Shown one piece after another: positions 9,677-18,968 of a stretch of 64,000 nt of DNA. A program made the translations under genes and the position numbers. Where the stretch lies: contig JBDRJV010000037.1 of the NCBI GenBank assembly GCA_043814605.1, positions 31,899 through 95,898 on the forward strand, read 5' to 3'. Every line of letters starts with the position of its first letter. The first letter of the stretch is position 1. This stretch comes from Candidatus Omnitrophota bacterium. GTDB lineage: Bacteria; Omnitrophota; Gorgyraeia; B26-G9. Below the pieces are notes generated by a model, which ran no database searches, was not told the origin of the DNA, and saw only the letters and a program-made list of their open reading frames with translations.

Positions 9677-9689
9677 ATTGTTAATAAAA

Positions 9690-10781
9690 ATGAAAATAAT
9701 TTTTATCACGCGAGAATCTAAAGAAATGCCAGCAGTGCGAGTCCGCAGCTATGGGTTTGCAAAATTTTTAGAAAAAGCAGGGTATGAAACTATAATTTTC
9801 TCTTATGCTGATAATTTAATGGCTGGAAGCGGAAAAAAAGAGGATAAGTTAAGTATTTTTGACAAAATTAAATATAATTTTAAAACTCTAAAATATCTTT
9901 CTTCTCAGAAAGCAATTTTAGTTTTACAAAGATGTAATTACCATTCTTTTGCGCCCTTACTGCTGGCATTATTGAACCGGAATAAGTTAATTTTCGACCT
10001 GGATGATTGGGAAGCGCGTGAAGATATTCATTATTATTTTAATAAAATCCCTAATTCAAAAGCAATAATTCTCTTATCGCTAATTGCGAGAAAGAGTAAA
10101 TTATGTATCGGCGCAAGCGATTTTTTATGTGAGTTTCTTTTGAATTATAATAAAAATATTTTAAAAATACCAACAGGTGTGGATGTGGAAAATTTTAAGC
10201 CGGATAAAAAGGATAATAATTTACAGCATATAGTATTGTCTTGGATTGGGACTATTTACCGCAAGGATAATCTGGAAAATTTAAAATTTCTTATAGATTG
10301 TTTTCAGGAGCTGTTTGCAGAATTTAATAATATCAGGCTTGAAATCGCCGGAGAGGGTATTTATGCAGATAAATTAATCGCGCTAATTAAAAATATTAAT
10401 AATCAAGATATCATTTTTAAAAACTGGATTAGTCCTGCGAAAATGCCGGATTATCTAAAGAATGTTGATATTGGCGTTATGCCTTTAACCCAAAATTCAA
10501 AATTTAATAAAGCGAAAAGCCCCACCCGCTTGTTTGAATATATGGCGATGGAAAAGGCAGTGGTGGCTAGTACTGTGGGAGAAGCACAAAAGATTATTAA
10601 AAACGGGGAAAATGGATTTTTAGCATCGACAAAAAGTGAGTTTGTTGCGTGCCTAAAAAAATTAATAGAAAATGAGCAGTTAAGGTTAACAATTGGCAGG
10701 TTCGCACGTAAAACAGTAATTGCAGATTATAATTTAAATAAAATTCCGGAAAAATTATTAGAATATATAGGGAAGATATAA
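9690..10781 (+). CDS. GT-B fold glycosyltransferase (GT4/GT1-like)
   Basis: The C-terminal block PTRLFEYMAMEKAVVASTVGEAQKIIKNGENGFL matches the E-x7-E nucleotide-sugar-binding region. ATG at 9690 is preferred over the TTG at 9678. Confidence 0.75.
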   Translation: MKIIFITRESKEMPAVRVRSYGFAKFLEKAGYETIIFSYADNLMAGSGKKEDKLSIFDKIKYNFKTLKYLSSQKAILVLQRCNYHSFAPLLLALLNRNKLIFDLDDWEAREDIHYYFNKIPNSKAIILLSLIARKSKLCIGASDFLCEFLLNYNKNILKIPTGVDVENFKPDKKDNNLQHIVLSWIGTIYRKDNLENLKFLIDCFQELFAEFNNIRLEIAGEGIYADKLIALIKNINNQDIIFKNWISPAKMPDYLKNVDIGVMPLTQNSKFNKAKSPTRLFEYMAMEKAVVASTVGEAQKIIKNGENGFLASTKSEFVACLKKLIENEQLRLTIGRFARKTVIADYNLNKIPEKLLEYIGKI

Positions 10782-10786
10782 AAAAA

Positions 10787-12253
10787 ATGAAAGTAGTTAT
10801 TGCAAACTCTATAGGTGTTGACAAAAATAACAATTTTATAATTCATTCTCCCAGTCGTTGGTCAGAAGGAGTTAAAAGTAAATCACATTGGTTTGCTTAT
10901 TATCCTTGGGAACTATCCTATTTATCCAGTTTATTAAAAAAAGAAACTGATTTTAATATTAAATTTTTAGATGGTTGTTTGATGCAATGGGATTCAGAAA
11001 CATATTTTTCTAAAATTACAACTATTAATCCAGATGTTTTGATTATGGAAAGTGCAACCAGAATGATTGATGAAAATGTTAATCTTGCTCGGCGCATTAA
11101 ACAAAAATGTCAGGCAACGATAATTTTTGTGGGCCAGCACGCCAGTGCTTTTCCACAAGAATTATTAACCCAGGGTATAGATTATGTTTGTATCGGAGAG
11201 TATGAATATACTGTGCTGGAATTGCTGCAGAATAAGGATAAGAGGCAGATTTTAGGGCTTTATCCTAATCCCAGAAGAGATTTATTAGATATTAACAGTT
11301 TACCCTGGCCTGAGGATTCTGACGTAAAACGTATTGATTATGCATCTCCGGGGGAACCGAGTTCAGAATATCGAGAAATTCAAATGTATGCATCCCGGGG
11401 TTGTCCGGGATCCTGCAGTTTTTGCGTTGCCAGGCACGTTTACTACAACCAGCCGAATTGGCGACCGAGAAAAATAGAAAACATTATTAGCGAAATTATT
11501 TATTTAAAAAATAAATATCCAAAGATGGAAGGAGTTTTTTTTGATGAAGAAGTTCATAATGGCAGAAAAGACTTTATCCTGGATTTAACGCAAGCCATAA
11601 TCGATGCAAAACTGAATAATTTAAAATATGAAGCGATGTGCGATGTAAGATTTTTAGATGAGCAGATCTTAGGAGCAATGAAAAGAGCTGGTTATTACAA
11701 GATCAGAATCGGCATTGAAACAGCAAGCCGGAAAATTATGCAGCAAATTAATAAAAAAATTGATTTAAAACAGGTTTTTAATCTGCTAAAGCTGGCCCAA
11801 AAAATTGGCATAAAAACCTACGGTACTTTTACTTTCGGAGCGCCGGGCTCTAATGAAACTGAGGATAAAAAAACAATTTTACTAATTCAAGATTTAATAA
11901 ATAATGATTATTTAGATAACTTACAGCTTTCAATTTGCACTCCTCAGCCAGGAACTCCTTTTTATGAAAAAGTAAAAGAAAATCATATGCTGCGAAATGA
12001 TTTAACTTTTAATATTTTTGACGGGGGGAATCATTGCATTATAAATTATCCAGATTATCATTATAAAATTATTGAAAAAACTAAACAAAATGCATTATTG
12101 ATGCGAGATCATTTTTTTTTAAAAAATAAAATTCAAAATAAGACTTTTTTCCAATGGATTGGGAATGTTTATAAAAAACATGGAGTTTTCAGAAGCGCGG
12201 CAAAGGCTTTTTTTAGAATATTAACAGAAATTAAATTTTATTTCGTAAAATGA
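10787..12253 (+). CDS. B12-binding-domain radical SAM enzyme (subfamily B)
   Basis: The N-terminal region is Rossmann-like (VLIMESATR..IIFVGQHASAFPQELL..YVCIGEYEYT). It carries the LPWPEDS motif and the radical SAM motif ASRGCPGSCSFCVAR. Confidence 0.8.
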   Translation: MKVVIANSIGVDKNNNFIIHSPSRWSEGVKSKSHWFAYYPWELSYLSSLLKKETDFNIKFLDGCLMQWDSETYFSKITTINPDVLIMESATRMIDENVNLARRIKQKCQATIIFVGQHASAFPQELLTQGIDYVCIGEYEYTVLELLQNKDKRQILGLYPNPRRDLLDINSLPWPEDSDVKRIDYASPGEPSSEYREIQMYASRGCPGSCSFCVARHVYYNQPNWRPRKIENIISEIIYLKNKYPKMEGVFFDEEVHNGRKDFILDLTQAIIDAKLNNLKYEAMCDVRFLDEQILGAMKRAGYYKIRIGIETASRKIMQQINKKIDLKQVFNLLKLAQKIGIKTYGTFTFGAPGSNETEDKKTILLIQDLINNDYLDNLQLSICTPQPGTPFYEKVKENHMLRNDLTFNIFDGGNHCIINYPDYHYKIIEKTKQNALLMRDHFFLKNKIQNKTFFQWIGNVYKKHGVFRSAAKAFFRILTEIKFYFVK

Positions 12254-13143
12254 TTGAAATCAGCATTGTTATTGTAACTTATTCTGCAGAGAAATTCATA
12301 AAAAATTGTTTAGATTCTGTTTTTGCGCAGGATTTAAATAATTTTGAAGTTATTATTATTGATAATAACTCTGGCGATAATACTATTAATATCTTAAAGA
12401 AATATTTGTCAAAAATAATTTTAATAGAAAATAAAAAAAATGAGGGTTTTTGTTTCGCAACTAATCAAGGCATATTACTTGCAAAAGGAAAATATATATT
12501 TACTTTAAATAGCGATGTTTACTTAAGTAAGGACTACGTTTTAAATTTAAAAAATTTTTTAGAAAGAAATTTAGAAGCAGGCATGGCAGGGGGTAAATTG
12601 TTAAGAATGGATAAAATAACTATCGATACTATCGGCCTAAAATTGGGGGTTTTTTATCGGTTCTTAAATATCGCAGAATCGGAGAAAGATACGGGTAAAT
12701 ATAAAGTTCCTTTAGAAATTATGGGTCCTTGTGCAGCCGCGGCCTTATATAAGCGGGAGCTTTTAGAGAGTATTAGATATAAGGATGAATTTTTTGATAA
12801 TCAGTTTTTTTTCTTGGCTGATGATTTTGATATTGCCTGGCGGGCACAGCGAATAGGTTGTAAGGGGTTTTATGTTCCAAATGCAGTTTGCTGGCATTAC
12901 CGGGATAGTTCAGGGCATAAATCCCAGTTCAAACAATACCTTTCATTCAGAAACAGGTATTATTTATTGATTAAAAATGCGGGTTTTAAAACTGTTTTTT
13001 TGTTTGCATTAGGTTTTTTATTTTATGATTTTCCCAGGCTGGTTTTTCTTTTAATAACTAATACTAAGTATACAGCGAAAGCAATAGCGGAAATTTTTAT
13101 GAATATGCCTGAAATTTTATCAAAGCGTGTAAAAAAAATATGA
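12250..13143 (+). CDS. GT2 glycosyltransferase (rhamnosyltransferase-like)
   Basis: ISIVIVTYSAEKFIKNCLDSV..VIIIDNNSGDNT, TLNSDV and DDFDIAWRAQRIGCKGFYVPNAVCWH match the family. Paralogue of 49120-50097. Confidence 0.8.
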   Translation: MIEISIVIVTYSAEKFIKNCLDSVFAQDLNNFEVIIIDNNSGDNTINILKKYLSKIILIENKKNEGFCFATNQGILLAKGKYIFTLNSDVYLSKDYVLNLKNFLERNLEAGMAGGKLLRMDKITIDTIGLKLGVFYRFLNIAESEKDTGKYKVPLEIMGPCAAAALYKRELLESIRYKDEFFDNQFFFLADDFDIAWRAQRIGCKGFYVPNAVCWHYRDSSGHKSQFKQYLSFRNRYYLLIKNAGFKTVFLFALGFLFYDFPRLVFLLITNTKYTAKAIAEIFMNMPEILSKRVKKI

Positions 13144-14252
13144 AAAAATTTACAAGAAGAGAATTTTTGCAAAAAGGAATAGGTTTAAGTACTGCAGTGG
13201 TCAGCGGACAGTTATTCAATGAAAATGTTTTTGCGCGTAATATTAATTTAACTAAACCAAGTCTTGTTTCAATAGCTAAAGGAAAGCATATTTCAAAAAT
13301 TACACAGGAAGCAATTCAAGAAATCGGAGGTATGGATAAAATAGTAAAACCGGGGCAAACTGTATTCATAAAACCTAATTATATTGCGGGAGGATTTATG
13401 GGGCATGATCCGGTGACTTCCGGAGAAATCCCGCATCCGGAAGTAGTGGCGGCAGTGGCCTGTGAATGTTTAGAAGCCGGGGCAAAAAATGTATTGATTG
13501 GAGAATGGTTTGAACGCCCGTTAGAAATAATGTGGCAGGGAAAAGAAGGTAAAGAAGGAGCTCAATTAAAGAAAAAAATTGATTTAATTAATAAAAAATA
13601 CGGAAATAAAGTATATTTAATTGATCTAAGAAAATATACAGAATCATTTTTTTATGTGCCTTCTTTGACAAAGATTAAATGGCTGGCGATTCCGAATTTA
13701 GTTAAAGAAGCAGATGTTATTATTTCAATTGCTGTTTTAAAAACACATCATTACCCAATTTCCGTAACTTTTGGCATGAAGAATTTTGTCGGTATTATGC
13801 CTTCCATTCTTTATGGTGAGCCCAGAATGAAATTACATCAGGCAGGGATTAATCAGATAATCGTAGATATCATACGGGGAATAACGCCAAGTTTAACAGT
13901 GATTAGCGGTGTTTTTGGCATGGAAGGAGAAGGAGTTGTTAAATCTTTTGGTGGAATTTCGGTTGATATCAGTCAAAGGATTGGCGGATACATTGTGATC
14001 GCAGGAGTTGATCCTGTAGCTACAGATGCTATAGCAACCCGGATTATAACTGAAAATTGGCATCCACAACCTAAAAATACTGATTTAGGAGTTCCTTGGT
14101 ATATTAAACATTTGAGACTGGCGTATCAACAGGGATTAGGCAATATAAAAAAATCAAATATTATAATTAAAGGTGCAGCTTTGAACGAGGTAAAAATGCC
14201 CTGGAAAATGCCGCAAGCCAATACATATCCGGAGTTACCTAATTATGTTTAG
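13140..14252 (+). CDS. DUF362-like protein with twin-arginine (Tat) signal peptide
   Basis: The N-terminus MKKFTRREFLQKGIGLSTAVVSGQLFNENVFA has an RR-x-FL motif, a hydrophobic region and a VFA cleavage-like site. VFIKPNYI and VLKTHH blocks are typical of DUF362. Confidence 0.6.
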   Translation: MKKFTRREFLQKGIGLSTAVVSGQLFNENVFARNINLTKPSLVSIAKGKHISKITQEAIQEIGGMDKIVKPGQTVFIKPNYIAGGFMGHDPVTSGEIPHPEVVAAVACECLEAGAKNVLIGEWFERPLEIMWQGKEGKEGAQLKKKIDLINKKYGNKVYLIDLRKYTESFFYVPSLTKIKWLAIPNLVKEADVIISIAVLKTHHYPISVTFGMKNFVGIMPSILYGEPRMKLHQAGINQIIVDIIRGITPSLTVISGVFGMEGEGVVKSFGGISVDISQRIGGYIVIAGVDPVATDAIATRIITENWHPQPKNTDLGVPWYIKHLRLAYQQGLGNIKKSNIIIKGAALNEVKMPWKMPQANTYPELPNYV

Positions 14253-14826
14253 AAAAATAATTCAGATTTTAACAATAAGCATAATTTTTATTAGTTTCAA
14301 TAGGTATCTTTATGCAGAAAATTTATTTTATCCATTTGATGCCCGAGATATTACCGGGAAATGGCAGGAATCAGTAATCGAACAAGATGAGGTAATTAAG
14401 ACGGCATCCTTAAAAACAAAAGGAAAAATACAGTTAAATATCCCGGAAGATGGATTTTACCAATTATGCATTGAATTATATCACAATTGGCACAAATTCT
14501 GTCCTTTTATCTATTTTAATACGAGAGACAGCCAAGGAAAAACTTTTTCGGATTTTTTATTTTCAGAAAAACGATGGTATTTACCAGAAAATAGCGGCCG
14601 CTGGGAAATGAGGGCGCTGAGTGCAAATCCTTTTTGGTTTTTACATAAAGGTGAACTTAATATTGAATTCTGGCTCGAATCAAAACAATCTTGCTGGGAC
14701 AAACAGGATAAAGAAATAGAAGGAGAGTTTTATATTAAAAGATTTATTTTAGTAAAAGTTGATATGCTCGAAAAAAGCGATAAAAACTTTCAAACTAAAA
14801 ATTTAGAAAAAACAGAAGATTTTTAA
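14245..14826 (+). CDS. Secreted hypothetical protein
   Basis: 193 aa with an N-terminal signal-like helix (ILTISIIFISFNRYLYAEN). No recognisable motif. It overlaps the upstream gene by 8 nt. Confidence 0.4.
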   Translation: MFRKIIQILTISIIFISFNRYLYAENLFYPFDARDITGKWQESVIEQDEVIKTASLKTKGKIQLNIPEDGFYQLCIELYHNWHKFCPFIYFNTRDSQGKTFSDFLFSEKRWYLPENSGRWEMRALSANPFWFLHKGELNIEFWLESKQSCWDKQDKEIEGEFYIKRFILVKVDMLEKSDKNFQTKNLEKTEDF

Positions 14827-14832
14827 TAAAAA

Positions 14833-15675
14833 ATGAAAAATAATAAAAAAATATTTTTAACATTTGACCTTGAAGAATGGCCGATAAGAGGACGTTATAA
14901 GATAGATCCTAATTTTGAAAAAAATACAAAGTTTTCAAAAAATGGAACTTTAAAATTAATGGATTTATTTAGTAAATACAATATTAAGTGTACTTTTTTT
15001 GTCACGGGTTTTTTTGCGCAAAATGAGCCAGAAGTTATAAAACTGCTTTCAAGTAAAGGGCATGAAATAGGTTCTCATTCTTTTGCGAACATTAATTTGT
15101 TGGATTTATCAATAGAGGATATTTATTCTGAATTAAGTGCAACAAAAAAATTACTAAAGGATTTAACCGGGCAAAATATAGTTAGTTTTCGTGCACCATT
15201 TTGTTGGTTAACACCCGATATTATTAAAATCTTAGAAAAGCTAGATTTTAAATATGATAGTTCAATTCATCCGGCAATTATTCCCGGCTATTATTATAAT
15301 TGGAAATATCCGCTGGATCCCTATTATCTTTGTTTAAAAAGTAAGTCATTTTTTAATAATAAGAGTAATGGGGTTTTAGAAATTCCTATATCCGTAATTC
15401 CCAGGGTAAGATTTCCTATTTCCTGGTGGTGGATGAGAAATTTAGGCGTAGGGATAACTAAATTAGGGATGAATATGAATTTAAACCAAAACCGGTCAGT
15501 AGTTTTATATTTTCATCCCTGGGAATTTGATAATATCCCTAGAATTAAGGGTATTCCTTATCATTTGATCAGAGGGTGCGGCAAAGCCAATTTAAAAAGA
15601 TTAGAAATTATAATAAAATTGTTTATAAAAAAATACCCCTTTGGTAAGATGAATGACTTTTTAGCTAAGGAATGA
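14833..15675 (+). CDS. Polysaccharide deacetylase family protein (CE4 / DUF3473-like)
   Basis: LTFDLEEW and FFVTGFFAQNEPEVIKLLSSKGHEIGSHSF are the typical N-terminal blocks of the NodB/CE4-type deacetylase fold. Confidence 0.75.
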   Translation: MKNNKKIFLTFDLEEWPIRGRYKIDPNFEKNTKFSKNGTLKLMDLFSKYNIKCTFFVTGFFAQNEPEVIKLLSSKGHEIGSHSFANINLLDLSIEDIYSELSATKKLLKDLTGQNIVSFRAPFCWLTPDIIKILEKLDFKYDSSIHPAIIPGYYYNWKYPLDPYYLCLKSKSFFNNKSNGVLEIPISVIPRVRFPISWWWMRNLGVGITKLGMNMNLNQNRSVVLYFHPWEFDNIPRIKGIPYHLIRGCGKANLKRLEIIIKLFIKKYPFGKMNDFLAKE

Positions 15676-15814
15676 GAGATAATTAATCCGGTGAAGAGGA
15701 TTATTGCTAAACCCAATATAATATTTATTAAAAAATTAGGGACGGTTAAGTTTTAATTAGTTAAGATTTTTATATTTGAGTACAGTATTCCATAAAAGTT
15801 TAGAAAGAAAAGTT

Positions 15815-17362
15815 ATGAGAAAAATGTTTATGATAGTTGTATTCATGTTTTGCACAGTTTTAATTTATCTGGTAAGTTTATATTTATTTTCAAGAACTAA
15901 CATAGAATTATTTCCTCCCGATGAAATGGCCAAACTGACTATTGCTTTAGGCTATTACCAATACTTATTTTCCCCAGAGTTGATGCCGCAATCAAGTTTA
16001 TTTAGTGTAAATTTAAATTATTTCCCGCCGGTTTATTTTGTGACTTCAGCAATGGTCTGCCACTTATTTAACGGGTTTTCCATAAAAACATGTTTACTCT
16101 CAAATCTCATATATTTAGTTACTCTAATTATCTCTATTTTTTTTCTGACAAAAAAAATTAGCAAAAATGAAATGTGTGCTTTATTTGCACTATTTGTACT
16201 ATTATTTTTTGACCCTTTATTTTCTAGATTTTCAAGGCATTATGCAATGGAGTTTGGGGTAGCAAGTTTCGTTTGTTTATTTTTATGTGTTTTGGTTCAT
16301 CTAAATGAATTTAAAAATAAATATTGGTATATAGCGCTTGGCTTAATCTGGGCGATAGGGATGCTTATAAAATGGACATTTATTGTTTATGCTACAGTTC
16401 CATTAGGGGGCTTCATTTATACTTTAATACTAAATAAACGCAAACAAGAATTAAATAGACTTAAAATAAGTTTTTATGTGGGGGCAATAATTTTCGGTAT
16501 TTGGTTTATGTTATTTTGCGACCTATCTTTACTTGTGAATAAGTATTTCCGTACAATAAATCAGGAATCCGTTATTTTTGATATCGTATCGTATTTACAT
16601 TGTACTAAAGAAACATTTTTATTTTATTTAATATGGGTTCTTATTTATTTACCATTTTTATTATTTTTCTGGAAAATAAAATTTTCCTACAAAAAATTTT
16701 TATTAACCTGGGTAGGAGTTCCTTTTATTTTTTATTCTTTTTTTACCGGGTCGCCTTACAATAAGTATCTTATTCCGATAATTCCGGGATTAGCCGTATT
16801 GACAAGCGTAACAGTTTTTCGATTTAGTAGAAAACTTAAAAAATTTTTAATAATCTTGATTATAATAATTGGGCTGTTTATTTACGTATCAAATTGCTTA
16901 AATTCAGGCGATCGAGAAAAATGGAACATAAATAATATTGAAAATTTTAAAAAAATTATACAGATAATTAAAACTAAAGAAGATCCAGAAAATTTTAAAG
17001 ATTTATTATTGATCATAAATCAAGATACAATAAAAAGTAATGCTTTAAATGCTAATTCAATTTATTTACATTACTTATTAATGTTAGAAAAATTAAATGT
17101 AAATTTTACCCAGATGAATATTTATCATTTTAATAGAATTGAATGGTATGATTCAAGGGTGTTTCTTTCGAAAAATATTGTAGGTTATGACTATATTATT
17201 ATCTGCGATAAAGAAGATATTGATTTGCAAAGTATTAATTTTGATTTCCAAAGTTTTGAAAAATTAAATGAATATAATTTAATTTTAAAACATAATCAAA
17301 ACGAATATATATCGACAATTACATTTTTCAAAAAATTAATCCAAAATAAGAGTTTATTATAA
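15815..17362 (+). CDS. Polytopic GT-C-type glycosyltransferase (ArnT/PMT-like, DE motif in first loop)
   Basis: The track ORF starts at TTG 15776, but ATG 15815 (MRKMFMIVV) is more plausible. The first loop FPPDEMAKLTIALGY carries the D-E pair typical of PMT/ArnT loop 1. More than 10 TM helices precede a soluble C-terminal domain. Confidence 0.5.
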   Translation: MRKMFMIVVFMFCTVLIYLVSLYLFSRTNIELFPPDEMAKLTIALGYYQYLFSPELMPQSSLFSVNLNYFPPVYFVTSAMVCHLFNGFSIKTCLLSNLIYLVTLIISIFFLTKKISKNEMCALFALFVLLFFDPLFSRFSRHYAMEFGVASFVCLFLCVLVHLNEFKNKYWYIALGLIWAIGMLIKWTFIVYATVPLGGFIYTLILNKRKQELNRLKISFYVGAIIFGIWFMLFCDLSLLVNKYFRTINQESVIFDIVSYLHCTKETFLFYLIWVLIYLPFLLFFWKIKFSYKKFLLTWVGVPFIFYSFFTGSPYNKYLIPIIPGLAVLTSVTVFRFSRKLKKFLIILIIIIGLFIYVSNCLNSGDREKWNINNIENFKKIIQIIKTKEDPENFKDLLLIINQDTIKSNALNANSIYLHYLLMLEKLNVNFTQMNIYHFNRIEWYDSRVFLSKNIVGYDYIIICDKEDIDLQSINFDFQSFEKLNEYNLILKHNQNEYISTITFFKKLIQNKSLL

Positions 17363-18063
17363 TGAAAAATAAGCGTATTGCAATAATGCAGCCTGGATAT
17401 ATCCCCTGGTTGGGATTTTTTGAATTAATGGATAAAGCGGATTTATTTGTGTATTTAGATGACGTGCAGTATACAATCAGAGATTGGAGAAATAGGAATA
17501 GAATCAGGACGGCTCAGGGGTGGCAGTGGTTAAGTATTCCTGTATTGCATAAATCTAGACGGGAACAACTATTAAAGGATGCCTTAATTAATAATCAAAT
17601 TGATTGGAGGGGTAGTCATTTGCGTGCACTTGAGATTAATTATTCAAAAGCTAGTTTTTTTAGTAACAATTTTAGTGTAATAACGCAAATATTATTAAAA
17701 CATTGGGAAAATTTAACAGATTTAAATATTACAATGATTGAAGTTATCAGAGAATTATTAGGAATCAAAACTCCAACTATACGAGCATCTATGCTTAATA
17801 ATATTAAGACTGGTAAAACTCAACGAATAATTAGTATTTGTAAACAATTACAAGCAAATTATCTTTATGATAGCGCAGCAGCGGCTAGTTTTATTGATAT
17901 TGATTTGTTTGCAAAAGAGGGAATAGTAGTAGAATTTCAAAATTATAAACATCCTGAATATAAACAAGTATATAAACCATTTATTCCGTATATGTCTGTG
18001 TTAGACTTATTGTTTAACTGTGGGAGAGAAAGTTTGCAAAATATTTCTAATCGCAAAAAATAA
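17362..18063 (+). CDS. WbqC-family protein
   Basis: The N-terminus IAIMQPGYIPWLGFFELMDKADLFVYLDDVQY matches the WbqC-like signature (MQP-x-(Y/F)-x-P-(W/Y)-x-G-(F/Y)F..(F/L)DDVQ(Y/F)). TAATG overlap with the upstream gene. Confidence 0.7.
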   Translation: MKNKRIAIMQPGYIPWLGFFELMDKADLFVYLDDVQYTIRDWRNRNRIRTAQGWQWLSIPVLHKSRREQLLKDALINNQIDWRGSHLRALEINYSKASFFSNNFSVITQILLKHWENLTDLNITMIEVIRELLGIKTPTIRASMLNNIKTGKTQRIISICKQLQANYLYDSAAAASFIDIDLFAKEGIVVEFQNYKHPEYKQVYKPFIPYMSVLDLLFNCGRESLQNISNRKK

Positions 18064-18131
18064 TAGATAAAATTAATTTTTAAAGCATAGATTTATGAAA
18101 AAGTATTTAAAAATTTGAAAGGATAAAACCA

Positions 18132-18968
18132 GTGAGGCTAATTAAAGTTTTCAATCTTTGCGTTGTTTTTTTTGCGGTTTTTAGCTTTTTGTCAAAATAC
18201 TGTTTAGAAGCTGCAGATAATCAATGTTTTAAAATAGTTCCTTTTAAAGTAGGTCAATGGGTCGAGTATCAGATCGTTAGTTTAGAGGAGCAAAGTAAAG
18301 ATAATAGATATAAAATTTCAGTTTTAAATGAAGAAATCATTGATGGAGAAATTTATTTTTGGATTGGTTTTGATGTTTTTAACCAAGGAAAAAGAGAAAT
18401 ATCATTTAAGGCCTTAATGAAAAATTTTAAAACAGATGACTTAAAGCTTAAAAAAGAGCAATTTATAGCAGAAGGGATAATAAGTTTTTTCAAAGCTTCG
18501 GATAAACTTTATATAAAAGCAGGTGGTAGCGAGTGGGTAGAGGTTAATCCTAAAACGTACTTTTTAAATTTGAAACTATTAGAAAATTCGTTCTATGAAC
18601 AGGTTCCGGATGAACTAGGGAAAGTTGATTATTCTAAACTTGTGATGATTGGGAGGGAAGAGATTAATGTTTCTTCTCAGGAATTTAACTGTTTGCATTA
18701 CCAAGTAAAAACTAATCCTTCGGATGAATTTTCTGATGAAGGGATAGATTTGTGGCGCTCAGATAAAGTGCCTTTTTTAGGAATTGTAAAATTAGAATTT
18801 TCAAAAACTGATTACGATCTTAAGTTGCGCTATCAAGAAAGCAAAATCCTTGCTTCAAAAAGTATTTTTTATAAAATTTTTTATTACTTATTTAACAAAT
18901 TACCTAAAGATACGCATACTCGTAAAGATATTTATAAAATAAATTTGATTGATTATAAAAATTATTAA
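18132..18968 (+). CDS. Secreted hypothetical protein (paralogue-like to 60954-61658)
   Basis: GTG start and a signal-like N-terminus (LCVVFFAVFSFLSKYCLEAA). Blocks VPFKVGQWVEYQ, QEFNCLHYQV and DLW..FLGIVKL are collinear with FPLAIGNEWHYEQ, GDFFNCYKLI and GWYGKGVGKVK in 60954-61658. Confidence 0.4.
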   Translation: MRLIKVFNLCVVFFAVFSFLSKYCLEAADNQCFKIVPFKVGQWVEYQIVSLEEQSKDNRYKISVLNEEIIDGEIYFWIGFDVFNQGKREISFKALMKNFKTDDLKLKKEQFIAEGIISFFKASDKLYIKAGGSEWVEVNPKTYFLNLKLLENSFYEQVPDELGKVDYSKLVMIGREEINVSSQEFNCLHYQVKTNPSDEFSDEGIDLWRSDKVPFLGIVKLEFSKTDYDLKLRYQESKILASKSIFYKIFYYLFNKLPKDTHTRKDIYKINLIDYKNY

